This document shows, piece by piece, positions 50,483 to 64,000 of a stretch of DNA of 64,000 nt. Every line of letters starts with the position of its first letter. Position 1 is the first letter of the stretch. Position numbers and translations under genes: made by a program. The notes under the pieces were generated by a model, which was not told the origin of the DNA, searched no databases, and worked only from the letters and a program-made list of their open reading frames with translations. This DNA is from Camelus ferus (Eukaryota), in assembly GCF_009834535.1 (NCBI RefSeq), contig NC_045697.1, positions 115,756,001 to 115,820,000 on the forward strand, read 5' to 3'.

Positions 50483-53400
50483 CAACTATGTGAGCTTTTT
50501 TTAAAACAATTCATATACAGAAAAATCCATTACATTGTCTGTCTCTTTGTGGCAGAGAAAAATGTTATTTATTCGACAGCAAGTCCTTTCTGCAATAGAG
50601 TTTTACATGCCTGCAAAAATGAGTTTGGCTGCTTGAAGAGTGTTTTATTATAATAATTTACAAATCTCATTAAGCTTTGTTATTGTTTTCTCATTTCTGC
50701 AGCCACAGCTGTCACGAGAATGACATGCATGAGTTAGAGGAGGTGAGAGAAAAAAAAACAAAAAAAACACTTGTGAGTAGACTGCCTGATACGTTTTTTG
50801 ATATTTATGATGCGACTTTTTTTTTAACCACATCTTATATAAGGATGAGGTACCATAGACTATTGTCTAGATAATGAAAACAAACAGATACGGATTCAGC
50901 ATCATTTCTCTAAATCACAAAGGAAATTCTCTCAAACCCCCCTGGAATGGCTATTTTTTATCACGTGCACACACACACACAACTACTTTTCTGTCTTTGG
51001 CTCTGAGATACAAATTTTTTAAATTCTAGGATCTTATTTTTCCCTTAATCACATTACAAATTGGCCCTTTGCAAATGAGTCATTTGGTCGCTTAATGGGC
51101 ACTGTAAAATTAAATCTAACTGTAAAAGTTAACACCAGTATAACCATCTTTAACAAGTAAAGCATTTGACTAAAATTACAACAATTTTCATCATGATGAT
51201 GAGCGTGGGCTTCAGCTCTGAATTTATAATACAGCATAAATCCACCACAGCTCTCAGTGTTGGTCCCTCCTCACGGACGTGATGGTGAGACATTTAATTG
51301 AAAATTGTGAAGAGTGAATGCAAAGTCAACAGACTGGCTTTCTAGGTCACTCAAACGTCTGCCTTTTTGTTTTACAGAAACTTTTGGCGTAATCTGAAAG
51401 ACGATGAAAAAGAGCCACTCTAGAATTTATTCTAAACCGATTTCATTGTTGTTTGCACAAGTACAGGATAGCTTTTGTAGGTTCACTTCAAGTAGTTGAA
51501 TTCTGTGTGTCTGAACTAATGATGACAAACGAAGTTCACCTAAAATTGTGCTGTGTGTCAAGGGAAGTTTCAAATTTGAACTTTTGAAGAAACAGTATCA
51601 GTAAAAGGCACTGACTATGTTGATTTCATTACGGACACATTAAGCAGTTAATTTCTGATGAAACCAAATTGGCTTTTTTATTCATTCATTCTGCAATGCA
51701 TAAATAATTTGAATATTTGGATATGTGATACCTATATTAACTTATAAAATAGATAGTATATCTTATCATTTCAGTCTGAGTCTTGAGATAATAATGTTCA
51801 ACCGCTACATCACAATTCTATTACCTCATTCAATTCCTAATGTCGTATACTCTCCTCATGTTTGTAACACAGCAACGCAAAGAGTCAGAAATGGATGTGC
51901 TATAACAAGGTTATGTGAAATGGGATATAATTTTCTAGTCACTGCAGCATTATTCCCTTTTCTCCCTGTAGTTAGTTTATCTCAGCTTGATTTACATCGT
52001 AAGCTTATCTTTTTCAGGAAAAACACCATGATCGTTTGGGTACTTCTCCCCTAGGGAATGGGACCACCAGTCACCCCCAACTCCGTCACCACGTGGCTGT
52101 TAGCATCGCATTATACTAAACTGGAATCGAGGAGACAGATACCATTTTTCTCTGGCCGTGAATCTGGAAAAATACAAGCCATGCTTTCTTCTGATATCCG
52201 GGATTACTTCCTTAGGAGCAGAACAAGCTTGGACAAATTAACATTATGTTCAAAATGAAGTTTTAATAAAAAAAAGGCAGAGTGAAGGCTGTGGCATATC
52301 TGAACCTGGGTTGCGGCCACTCCAAAGGTCCACCCCCAACCTTGGGTGTTGTCTACCTTGGATAGCGGAGCCAACAAACTCCCTCCTTTGCCTCAGCTAG
52401 TACAAAAGTCAAGAAAGCAAGGGGTGGAAGAGAAACAAAGAATGGGTTTATGCAGAAGAGGTGATTTCATGATCATTTGAAAGATCAGTAAGATTTTGAC
52501 AGTGGGGATGAGATGCGATGGCAGATAAGGACCAGCATGGGGAGATAGAATGCCGGTGAACTTAACATGTAATAGACATGGATTTCCCCACTCTAGCCCC
52601 ACCAGACCACTCATGCTGAGACACTTCCTTCCACAAGACCACCACCCACCTGGATGGCATGGTCTCTATTTGCTATTTTGCAGTGTAGCCTGGGCATTGG
52701 GAAAGGGGACTTTGACATCGGGAGTTTGGATGGAACTCATCAAAATCTGTGGGCATGGGATGCATCACCTCTGCTGGAGCATCTGTGGACAGCATTCAAG
52801 CTTCCCCGGAGACACAAGACAATGGGCAGCAAGGAGCAGATGAGCTGGAAGGACCTCTCACCGGCAGCTGCACACAGGGCTCATCAGAAGGAAAGGACAC
52901 GTCTGCTTGCCTCCCTGGTGCTGGTCAGGATTGAGCAGTTTCTCCAAGCGGCTCCACTGCCCTAAAATCAAGCATCTTACACAAGACACCATCGAGCTCC
53001 TCCAGCGTCATGTCCATGACCCTTTATCCTGCTCCCAGGACCAGGATCTTCCTCTGCCCATGGTTTCTGCAGTATTTAATGCAATGGCATGAAGTCAGCA
53101 CCCTGCTTCCTTCCCAGCCTCTCAATGTTTCTTCAGAGTCTTTCTTCTCCTAACAGAATTCATATCTTGCAAATCAAAGTTTGCTGTTTCAAATCAATTG
53201 TATCTGGAAGGAGTTTCAAAAACCTACATTATGTTTTACTCGCATCCCATTTTGTCACGCTAAGTATTAAAAAGATGCACATTCAGGGATCAACATTTAA
53301 TAAAAGTAAGGCTTTTTAATGCCTCAAAAAGAAAGCATTCTATAATTTTTTTTTAAAAAAACTGAACATTGTTTCTAATTCTCAGATCAATTATGATGCC

Positions 53401-54929
53401 TCTGGATGGCTTGAATGGTTACTTACAAAGAGGGGCAAAAATCTATTGAACTTCACATTCTAACGTCAAAGAGAAGGAATAAACCTAACCCTGTTCCACA
53501 GCATCCTTTACCCCGGTCGCTTTCACATCTCCATTAATATTATTTCCTCTTTTATTGGCTCTAAATCCCAAAGCCTAGTAACTTAGACCATCCCATTGGA
53601 GTACATTCAGTTTAGGAATACATTTTAAATCCAAATCAAGTACCGAAAAATTGAGAAATGATTAAGTCAAAACTCTCCATCTTCCATCCAGCTCTAAACT
53701 CTTAGGGAGCACCGAACTTCATGCATTTCATCACTGTACCAGCGTGGGAGTTAAAGGGTCTTCCCCGAGGCCCCCTGCACGAGATGATGGGGCAAGGATG
53801 CTATGCGTCTGCTTTGTGGGCACTCCCTGGCTGCCTGTGGCCACGAGTCTACTCATCCCATCTGACCGCTGGTCCTAGCATCCTGTAGCTCACTCTCCAA
53901 AGTGACATTTAATTGCCCGGCATCCTGGGGTGGGTAATGCCATGGAGAAGTGACACTGCCTTCCCTTCAGTCTAGTCATCGGGTCTCTGAGTATCTCACC
54001 AAGGCTGATTTTTTCTTTCATTTTGTCAGTCTGCTGCGGAGACAGCACGCCCTGCCAACTCCAGTTCCAAGGCTCCCTCTGGACTCCCGGGGAACCCCAT
54101 CTATCCTCATCCACCCACTGGTGTAAACTCAGGCTACTCCTAGGCATGCTTTCCTAGCTGCGCCATGCCACCGCTCCCCAAAGACCAGCGTGGAGAGTCC
54201 GCCCAGTGAGGACGTGCCTTTGAGACACCCCTGGACCAAGAAATGGGCACCAGTCCCTTGGGCTCAAATTGCCCCTGATTTTCCTCAAAGATACTTGCAG
54301 CACTTCTTTGGAGCAAGAAGAGTTGAGAGCTGCCCACCTTCACCCAGTGGGAAGGAGGGGTTATGTACTAACGTAGCCCTGCTTTCTGGAAAGAACATTT
54401 TCTTCCAGAGAATTTTATATATTTGCTCCAACTTAGGGAGAGAAAGGCGAGAACAAACTTTGATTTTACTTACTTAGTTGTCTCTCCTAGCTCAAAAGGG
54501 GTCACTGAACCCTCCAATGACTCCTCTCCTTCCTCTGTGCTCAATAACCTGAGGGCAGGAGGGTCACAAGGAACTCAGCCCGAACACATGAATTGCCTAA
54601 GTAAATAAGCCATATGCCAAACTATTTGATACCTTTGTTAATATTCCTTTTCACTTTTCAGGCTACTGGGGTTGTGACTACGACCTTAAAGAGAAGAAAA
54701 CTTTGCAAAACCCTGAATGCCCCGGGAGCTTTACTCAGACTCCCCATATCTCTCTGCACGGATTCCCAACGTGAGTTCATCCAGCATCAGATTTGAAACC
54801 CCAGCTGTATAATGGTGACGCCTGGGAGCCCAGGCTCTCCCCTGAAATCCAGGCTTGTGTGTCTGAAGGCCTATTTGGTACCTTTCATTTGCCAGTTAGC
54901 TCAGCAAATACTCATCGATACGTCCCATT

Positions 54930-55380
54930 TGCAAGTCAGTCTCCCCACTCATAGGAAGAGATTAACTGCTTTACAGTCATGTAAAAAGTAACAGCTGGAA
55001 CTGGATTAAATTTCTTTGCTCAATCAGTTATACCTTGGCAAACATGCTTCTGAAAGCTAGCCAATCAGAGCCATCCTCCTACCTTTTACCGCCGATCAAC
55101 AGAAGCCTCACATCCATGAACACATTTCTGAAACTCAGCCTACCAACATCCCCACCCCAGTAACCACGCTTCTCTGAGTTACCTCGTTCTTGCCACTAAA
55201 CGTTCATCAATACTTAACCTCCATGCTCCTCAATAATTCTGTATCAGAACAGCAGTCTTCTTTGTTTGGAGGGACCGTGCCTAGCAAATTGAGTTCTCCC
55301 TTTCTTAAATAAGTAATACATTTGCTTTTTTGATTTAGAGTTGAATGCTCAGCTCACACTTCAGGAGTAAAGCTGACACA
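54930..55380 (+). mobile_element. Probable old solo LTR
   Basis: agccaatcag CCAAT box, polyA-like signal and terminal ...ctgaca; family not assigned. Confidence 0.45.
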
Positions 55381-55581
55381 TGTGGGTAATTAGTGATGTG
55401 AAACCAACATAGGGTCAATAAAGCTACGATGAAGATAAGAGAGGGTGCTCTTAGTTAGTCTGTCCCAATGCTTATAACAAACACAAAAAGAGAGCTTGAA
55501 TTAATCTTAGAATGCCTGATGGCAAAAGCCAAGCTCATCATGAAAGTCTTCCTATAATGGCTGTGTCTAGTGTGTATGGAG

Positions 55582-55988
55582 CGTATTAGTTTTCTGGGAC
55601 CACCTTAGCAAAATATCACAGGCTGAGTGACTTTTCTAGTGGAACTCTGTTTTCTCACAGTTCTGGAGGCTGGAAGTCCAAGACCAGGTGTGGACAGGTT
55701 TGATTCTTTCTGAGGTCCTTCCTGGATTTGTATTTAGATGCCTTCTTGCTGTGTCCTCACATGGTCATCTCTCTGTGGGTGCACGTGTCTGGTGTCTCCC
55801 CACGTGTCCAAATTTCCTCTTCTTATAAGACCACCAGTCAGATGGGATCAGGATCCACTCTAAAGACCTCATTTTAGCTTAATCATCTCTTTAAGGACCT
55901 TATCTCCAGGTACAGATATATTCTGAAGTATGGAGTGTTGGAACTTCAACATATGCATTTGAGGGGTACACAATTCAGGCCATAACAT
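55582..55988 (-). mobile_element. MLT1B/C-like MaLR LTR
   Basis: gtattagtttt...ctcacagttctggaggctggaagtccaaga...cacaattcaggccataaca. Confidence 0.88.
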
Positions 55989-56009
55989 GGAGATACATAG
56001 ATCCCCCAG

Positions 56010-56386
56010 TAATACTAAAAGGAATTATTCCCCCCAGATGCTGGAATTGCTGCCAGAACACAGCCTTCAGCTTATCAGCCCTTGATGGGAATTACTTTGC
56101 CTGAAAAATCTCCTTCCCCAAGATCCTCAGAGTAGTTCATATCCCAAGAAACGAGCAACAGGGCACTATAAAGAGCCAGCCCCTAGCTTCAAACTGGCGT
56201 GACTCTCTCTGAAGGTTCATCTTAGCTTCAAAGCAGCCTAAGTGGCATCACATATAGGACTCTCCCTCCACCCAGTCCTGTCTCCTTCCCTCCCCCAGAT
56301 TTGATTCCAAGAGTACTTCCCAGTGCTTTTGCAACTCGTTAACCTCTGTCTCCAACTCTGTTTCCTGGAAGACCCAGCCTCTGACA
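56010..56386 (+). mobile_element. LTR16-like ERVL LTR
   Basis: gctgccagaacacagccttcagc...ctctgtttcctggaagacccagcctctgaca. Confidence 0.65.
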
Positions 56387-57643
56387 TTTCTGAAACAGAA
56401 TTCTGATTACATTGGAAATTTTTCGTACAGACAAATTATTTAGAGTTCACCGAAAATGATATTCCACACAGGGTTATGGAAACGGGATGGGGTGTTTGAA
56501 TTTCCTTTAAGTAATAGTACTTTCATAAAAATTGTTTATCATAAGTCAGAAATTTGGGTCCCTTATGGACTGTTTGCATAAAGTTATTACATGTAGATGT
56601 TTTTAAGAGATGATGTCTACTTAGGTGATCACCGAAGTACAGAAATTTTAGCTTTTGATAAATTTTCCCCCGAGTATATTTTCCTCCTCTTACTTAAGAG
56701 GAGCATATGGTGCTTGATAGAATATGAATTAGACAAGGAAACTGCTCAGGGATGCAAAAATTCTACTCTGCTCAGCTTCATCTGCTTATGCAGAGGAGCG
56801 GGTGTGGTCTCTGGGAGATGACTGGGATGTGAGGAAGATTAAGACTTGTCCTCGTCCATGCACCCTCACTGCGACTGAACTTCCAAAGAGCTCAGGACAA
56901 ACGTTTTCTCTCTGGATCCAAATGAAGATCCAGCACTTCCAGGCATATAATTTTAGAGAACTGACCAGTAGTCTACTCCCAAGGCAGATGGCTCAGCAGA
57001 AACGCCTCCCCTCTAGAACAAAGCTGAGCCTCTAAGCGAACAGCCCCCCTCCCATCCCACCCCTCGGATCATGAGCATCTACCGTATCTCTGTATATACC
57101 ATAATATGTTATTTTGCCTCCATGGCTTTTGTTTTTGGGAATTACTCCAAATTGTAGTCTGACTTCCCATATCACCTTAAAGAAAATGATATAATCAGAT
57201 GGCTTCTGCCACGGTGTTCCCTGGTCCCTCTGTGCCCACCACCACCAAAAACACACTCAAACACTCGCGATATACACGCTCTCCCACGAATGTGTTAGCA
57301 AACAAAGGCACACAGCCTAGCGGTGGGAAAGGATCAAATGGCCCCGTACAAACTTCTTCCCAGTGAACCAGCGATAAGATTCTTCAGCTGCTTGGTAGGA
57401 AATTGATATTTTAATAAATTTGGCCAGTTGCCTTCTTCTTGAAGTCACATAGCCATTATTAGACAACGGACTCATAGAGGAGGAAGAAAAGCCTTCAAGG
57501 ACCTGCAATACATTAGGCAAACCTTGTCATTAACAAGACCGCCACTCAGATCTCCAGAAATAATCACCTTAACTATCAGGCACAGAGAATATACAGAATG
57601 CAGTAGACTCTCATGTTGATGTCACCTGTCTAAATACACTACA

Positions 57644-57912
57644 TCAGTGCTTCTCGAAGCATCTGTGGTAGGAGACCAGTTTTGTTTGCTTTAATCTACA
57701 CTTCACTTTTTACATTGGTGAACAAAGTTTTGGTCTATATCGTTTTCAAGGCAATGAGTCCACTCAGATGCTAGGGTGTGTTGAAAATGTCAAATTGCTA
57801 ATAAGACATTTGTATTCCCTGGCTCTGAATCTCCCCACTTACCTTCCTGCAGACCGGTAACTTACCTTACTGTGGACTAGCCCGGGTCCACAATGTCACT
57901 CTAGGTAACACA
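57644..57912. mobile_element. hAT-Charlie-type MITE
   Basis: Begins cagtgcttctc...tctgtggt...gaccagtttt; degenerate right end. Confidence 0.5.
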
Positions 57913-58799
57913 GCTCTGTGTAATCTGTGAGCCATTGGAAAGAAGGTGTGAACCCCACTGCATCCCGCCTCTGTCTCACTGAGAACCAAATGGAAATCGA
58001 TGAAAGCAAATTATTTCACATGGGCTTAAATGCTTAAAAGCCATCTCCCTGACATTAACAAAAATTAACATGGCAATCCGCCTCTATCTCTCATTTTTTT
58101 AATAATTTATCTGAAGTGGATGTAAATCTTTAACAATAAAGAAATCCATTTTCTAAAAGCCATCTCTTTTTTAAATTCTGAAAGAATCGTTGATGGATCA
58201 GTGTTAGTTCAGGAAGTACCTACCTAAGGCACAGGGCACGTCCTAGGTTCTGCACTTGACATTGGGCTGGCTTAACCTGCTGTTCATGGCAAATGAGAGA
58301 TCTCAGTCGCTAGAAGAAAAGTCACATCGCCCTTAGTGGGTCTGTGAGGACCCTTCCAATAGCGACACTACCAATCAGTTAGTAATCAGTTGCTGAACTG
58401 GAAAAACTCAGTTCTCACGGGCTGTGAGCCAGGCTTAACCGCTGCCGTTCAGCAGGAAGCCGTCAATCATCAGCTTCAACCTGCAGGCAGGACCCTGCAT
58501 TTGGTCTGTGCAACGCACAGGTTTAGACACCCAACTGAGATTTCACAATGCTTCATATCACATCACATGAATTAGTGAAGAGTTTTTGCCAAAGGGATCA
58601 TTTTTTTAATTAAAGAAAGAAAAGAATTTTAGTGCATTTGCTTAAAGTCAACAGAGAGCTCTTTCACAGTTTGTCAGTTTTGCTGGTCAATAGCCAGGCC
58701 AGTGTATTTCATAAGGATCAATTTTGACCCTCAAATATTTTTTGAGCGACCAGTTATAATTCCAAATCTTTCCTCAATGATGGAATAAGATATACTGTA

Positions 58800-59400
58800 G
58801 CCAATCATTTGCTTCAATGGTACAGTCTACAAGCTGGCTATTTTTAAAGGAGAAGAAAAAGGTGTTGGCATAAAATAACCAAAAGTCTACCTTCATATAC
58901 AGAGAAGTTTTAAAGGGGAATCTCATTGAGACTATGGGATAAATATACTTAGAGAAAAGCCAAGTGCGCAGTATATGCTTGGCTAAAATGAAAGATCATA
59001 AGTGGGACTTTTCAGGAAGGAATGCATAGGTAACTTACATTTTGCTTTAATAAATTTTAAATAATTTAAATCTGCATCAGGTAAGAATATCCAATTAGCT
59101 ACTTAATAAAATAGAACAATGACCAAATCCCAAAATTTTAAATCAAACACAACTGGCCCAATATAAAGTAAAGGCACATCCATACTTAGAATATTATATA
59201 GACATACATACATAGATATATGATGTCTGGTATGTTGAAAATACCATGAGAAGATTTTTGATACAATATTATGCAGAAAAAGCATGCTAAAAATAACTAT
59301 TTATAAAACAGTTTCAATCGTGGTAAACAAAATGGCATGAAATATACCAGCTTCTGAATAGCCAGCAATAATCTTCAGAGTTAGAAGTATTCGGGGGTCA
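58800..59400 (+). mobile_element. Very old L1ME-like fragment
   Basis: A-rich; tacaatattatgcagaaaaagcatgc-type 3'UTR motif. Confidence 0.45.
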
Positions 59401-61234
59401 ACATTATTTTCCTTTTTTTCCTCTTGATGGTCTATCTTAAGGATATTATTTTGGTAATTGGGAGGGAAAGTGGGTAATTTAACTTTATTCAAAAAATAAA
59501 TAAACAATTATAAATTGGTAAAAAAAAAAATAAAGCTGATAAGGGCATGACTATCCTTTTTAATTGGCTAGGAAATAAAAGTGAAGTGCATTATAATTTT
59601 TTTAAAAAGCAAATTAACTGGGTGGTGTCATGTTTCAAATGGTAACAGTATTAACAAGAGGAATCCAACTGTCTTCGAACAGTTTCCCATAGCTCTAATC
59701 TCACCCCTGTGCCTTTCTCACAAGTCTTAGGACACAGTCAAGAATGTTCCCTTTGCCCATCTTTCAACTTAAAAGCAAATTAATAATTTGGTCTTCTAAT
59801 CTCATTTACTAAGCAAATTTGCCTTAACAGCCTTCTCATTGGCTTCATTGGACTTCGGAACACAAAAATCCCACTTCCCTTAGATTTCCCCCAACCAGGA
59901 AAAAAAAAAAATGTCCTCACACTGTTTCATTTTCATATTCCAACTAAAGAAAGATACATTAATAAATCTGAATTTAAACTTACCCTTTATCACTTAGATT
60001 TATCCTGTCTGCTTTATAGCACATTCTTTAATGTAGTATGTAATCCTGAACCCCACAGAATGCTTCATATGTTTAGCAATTTCCTCTTAGTCTCTGGAAA
60101 CCTTATCCTTATATTTAGATTAACTAGCATAAAGCCACTTTATGTAAATTCAATTCACATTTAAACCGAAAGAGACTACGTATCATGTTAATAAAACAGG
60201 TCTTATATTAATGCTCTGATATTGGCATAAGTAATACCTCAGTTAACATTTGATGTGTTAATAATCAAATCTCTATTAACAAACATTATCTACATGTACC
60301 AGATGTTCAGTTTAAAGTTATCTCTGTCTCCTGCCAGAATCCTTTATGGTATTCAATATCAATTATTATGGCAAAATTGAGATTACAGCAAATGAGAGAC
60401 AGAGTGATTCTGTCCTGGAGACATTGAGCACGTACCATGCCTTGCTTAGCAGTTGTGACTGGCTTTCCTGGCACCATCTTTGAAGAGGATCAGACTTTGG
60501 GTGGGAAATAATCCAGACCCCTGTCTCCCACTCAAGTGCTGAAACTCATTTACATAGGGGGGTGACATCATTAGAATGTCCATTTGAGCTGTCAGGTGAC
60601 TGCACTTTGACGAAGAAAAGTGTTAGCCTTATAAAGTAGCAGTGTGTACAAGAAAACCAAAGTCCAAGGTAATTTAAAGTAAAATGCTCTACCTCTTATT
60701 TACATAAAGAAAGAAGAATCAAAAGACTTGTGAGGAATATTATTACTCAGAATTAGTGATTTTGGGGAGAAGAAGTGAGCAAGCAATTTTATGACAAAAA
60801 TGCTATAACAGTCTGAGTCAGATTGAGTGTAGTTTGTTGATTGAAACAAGCACTAATATCAAATTTGTTATTTCCATGAGTTCTAATAAGCTTAACAAAA
60901 AATATGAACTTTATTAGTACATAGAGTTTTGTGTAGTTTCTCCTACTTCATAATAGATAATGTTCAAAACTCCTATAAGTCATTAGAGTAAGAATTTTAT
61001 AGGTAATTAGAAAAAAATAAAACTTGGCAAATTAACAAATCACTTATATCCTAAATGCAAATTGGGAATAATAAAATTTACTAAGTTATACATATGTTTT
61101 CAAAACAATTTAATGTAATTTATTCCTTATAAAATGTAAAAAAAAAAAAAAATCCTCTCCAAGGGTCCCCAGTCTTTCTCATGAATAATGTATCTTCTGA
61201 GAACACTTCATAGCCTTCCATTGTTTCATAGCCT

Positions 61235-61565
61235 GTCCAGTAATGTTTCACTCCATCAGTAATCATTGATTATGTGGGCCTGACACTTGGACTGTCCTTG
61301 GATGGATAGCTTGTCCCGTCTCTTGTACTTGCGCCTTGGCCACAAAACACACCCAGTCCAGCCTGCTAGGCTGAGAAGCTCGTGTTGTGGAACTCGGTTG
61401 CCTCAGTCACCCTAAGGCAGCCTAGCTCAGCTCTGGAGTATGTGAGAGATGCCAGCAAAACCCAGAAGAGTCACCTGGTTGACCCTTGTCTGATCTCAAT
61501 GCATAGAAAATAAATGCTTCATACTGTAGACCTGTGACCATTTATTGAGCAACTGCTAAGACACA
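61235..61565 (+). mobile_element. MLT1 (MaLR) LTR fragment
   Basis: aaaataaatgcttcatactgtagacc...gcaactgctaagaca terminal motif. Confidence 0.6.
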
Positions 61566-61591
61566 AAACCACTAAAGAGAGCAGATGAGCA

Positions 61592-61761
61592 GGTGGAGAG
61601 GGTATAGCTCAAGTGGAAGAGTGCATGCTTAGCACACACATGGTCCTGGGTTCAACCCCCAGTGCCTTCTCTAAAAATAAATAAGTAAACCTAATTACCT
61701 CCCCCCTAAAATAAATAAATAAATAACAAGTGCAACACGTTTGAAAAAAAATGTTTTTAAA
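61592..61761 (+). mobile_element. Vic-1-like SINE, long form
   Basis: gggtatagctcaagtgg...gtcctgggttcaacccccag...aaacctaattacctcccc; TSD aaagagag(c/aac)agatg. Confidence 0.92.
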
Positions 61762-62042
61762 AAAGAGAGAACAGATGAACAATACAGAAACTTTAATATT
61801 AAATATGAAGGAAACCTTATATCCCAACAAATTACAATGAAGAAGTAAAAAGCCAAGTTTTTCTGTGTCCAAAGCAAGAATCTGGCATTATCTCCTAAAG
61901 AAGATATTTCCTTTCATACTAACCCAGTATATCAATAATTACTTTTCTGTTCCTTTCCAGCTAATCATGGTAGACTACCGTCTCCAGAGTTTATTATTCT
62001 TTACATTAGTTTGTTTATCAGCCCCTGAGAGGGGAAAAGAAA

Positions 62043-62079
62043 ATATATATATATATGTATATATACACATATACATATA
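62043..62079 (+). repeat. (TA)n-type low-complexity repeat
   Basis: Read directly. Confidence 0.85.
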
Positions 62080-63249
62080 AGGGATGTATGGGACCATGAG
62101 AATACTTTTTCAACAGCTGGATTATGAAAATCTCTTAAATTCCAGGATTTATGGCAACTACCCTATGGATACCATCAAGTCTCACAGCTTATTTATTGAG
62201 ATTATAAAACATGGGCCTTAAATGGTATAAGCAAGTCTCCTGAATAAAACAAATGTCAAAACCCTCTCCTACTCCTTTTGTTACTAGGGTCTTCATAGTA
62301 ATAGAAGAGGGAAGAGTTGGGCAGAGAGGGGAATCAGGTGATATTCATAATGATTTGAATTCATAAAAATAACCTGTTCAAGTTTCTTCTCTGAGAGACG
62401 TGTGGGCTGAAACAGTGCCTGTCTTCCACGGTGTGGGGGGAAACTGTGGATCATAAAATTCTCTTGGTTTGTGTGGGCCCAACACGTTCAGGTCTTTGGG
62501 TTGTGCGTCGGAGCTTCAAGAGTCATGGCTACTGAGGAAATAAAGCATGGTAATGGGCAACACTGTGTGTAAAATTTGGCAGAATATCATGTTTCACAAA
62601 ATATACTCATATCTCTTTATTTTGACCTGAAGTCAAGAAAAAAATATCTTATGAAAGCATATAACATAAATCAATCTTAAGTACCAGGTGGCTTTTGTGC
62701 ATTTTTAGAAATAAATGAGATAATTAGTGCCTAGCTAAACAAATCCAGAATTAGAAATTGGCCTGAGGTTTAGCTGGAAGTTTTGACTCCAGGTTAAAGT
62801 GTACTTTCCATTCAAACCCAAGAATTATTTTTAAAGGAGAGAGAGGTGTTACTTTATCGTAATCTATACATTCTTGATATGAAGCAATGGGCCCCCTATG
62901 ATTAGATTTTTATCAAATATGTTCTGTAGAACCAGCTTGACTTTATAATTTAATGTCTCTATTTTATTTGGATTGGTCACAATTATGTCCGAGCAAAAGA
63001 GCATTCCATTTTGAGTCACTGAGTTTCTAGAGGCTTCAATGATTTAGTAGGACTGTTAATAGATTTAATATTTTTAATACTCAAGACAACAAGTCTATGC
63101 AACAGAGTTTAGAAATGATCTCAATCAATCATGTTTAGTGACTGAGGAGAGTACATATATTTTTACTTAAACATGTGTCCCCACAGACAATCTTTGTTCG
63201 TACACCCTAAGAGATCCTCTTGCCCCTGAGGATGGCTAATAGAAATCCT

Positions 63250-63960
63250 TTGTGAATATCCTTTAAACACCTCAAATTCTGCATATCCAAAATAAACCAC
63301 TTTCTACCACAACTCGCTTCACATCTCTTTTTGTCAACTCAGATCTACTAGTATCTTTCAAGCACAGAAGCCCCCTTCTCCCCATGATTCCACACTATTG
63401 AAGTCACAGATCTCTGTACACTTTCTTTCTTCCTTCTCCCATATATTCCTTTCTTTGTTTCCACCTCTATAGTATTCAGCTGGTGTCTCCTCATTTCTTA
63501 CATATGTCCCTGCAGTAACTGTTTCCAGATTTCCCCAATTCTGATTACCCACCATTCTCAATCTAGCCCCGACTCTAAATGACAAACATCACACTGTCTT
63601 GTTACATCTTGAAAATCTTTCAAGAGCACTCCCTGACTTGCCCTTGCCTTGAAGTTCTTTGTGATCTTCAGTCCGTAAGTACATGTATGATGCTACTTTC
63701 CACCACTCACTTCCCCCTCCTCTCCATCCTTGGAAATTCCTTGCCAACTCTACTCCATAATTCTAGTCCTTGTCTGTCCACATGTTCCAGCTACCTCAAA
63801 CTATCGTTCCTACCTTTTCATCTAACTTCCTTCAGCTCCTACTGGTCTATCAGAACTCCCCTGAAACATCACCTCCTCCATGGAGACTTCCTTATTCATT
63901 CTTATTTAGAGACACCTTCCATCATGCTTCCCACAACACCCTCTAGACCCGTAGCCACAC
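63250..63960 (+). mobile_element. L2 fragment
   Basis: acacctcaaattc...catcacctcctccatggagacttcc; pyrimidine-rich; accounts for ORF 63579-63980. Confidence 0.65.
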
Positions 63961-64000
63961 GTAATGGTGTCTTTAAATGAACGGATGCTCTAAGAGCGAA

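Noticed and set aside
52930..53060. Minus-strand RKILVLGAG Rossmann-like motif
   Set aside because: Immediately followed by a stop, with no continuing similarity to a dehydrogenase; probably chance
1..64000. CRISPR arrays, operons or prokaryotic defence systems
   Set aside because: Sequence is mammalian; no repeat-spacer array or gene-dense region is present

Overview
Eukaryotic, AT-rich, repeat-dense mammalian genomic DNA. It is most likely from a camelid (camel/llama/alpaca), inferred from six copies of a tRNA-derived Vic-1-like SINE and artiodactyl-type L1 3' ends. I could not recognise any protein-coding exon. The only ORFs with recognisable homology are broken L1 ORF2 remnants, so the window looks intergenic or deep intronic. 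Content: young L1 3' fragments with target-site duplications (TSDs), including two clear and one probable 5'-inverted (twin-primed) insertion; older L1M, L2 and MIR fragments; MaLR/ERVL/ERV1 solo LTRs; hAT DNA-transposon relics; microsatellites; three CpG-enriched patches (the one at ~40.3-40.7 kb is promoter-like); a good CTCF motif; and several enhancer-like unique stretches. The most unusual unexplained structure is a ~117-bp inverted repeat pair (16448-16564 / 17396-17512) whose arms each contain a hairpin with compensatory substitutions. Repeat family names come from my recollection of consensus sequences, not from a database search, and the boundaries of old repeats are approximate. I found no convincing novel multi-gene system.
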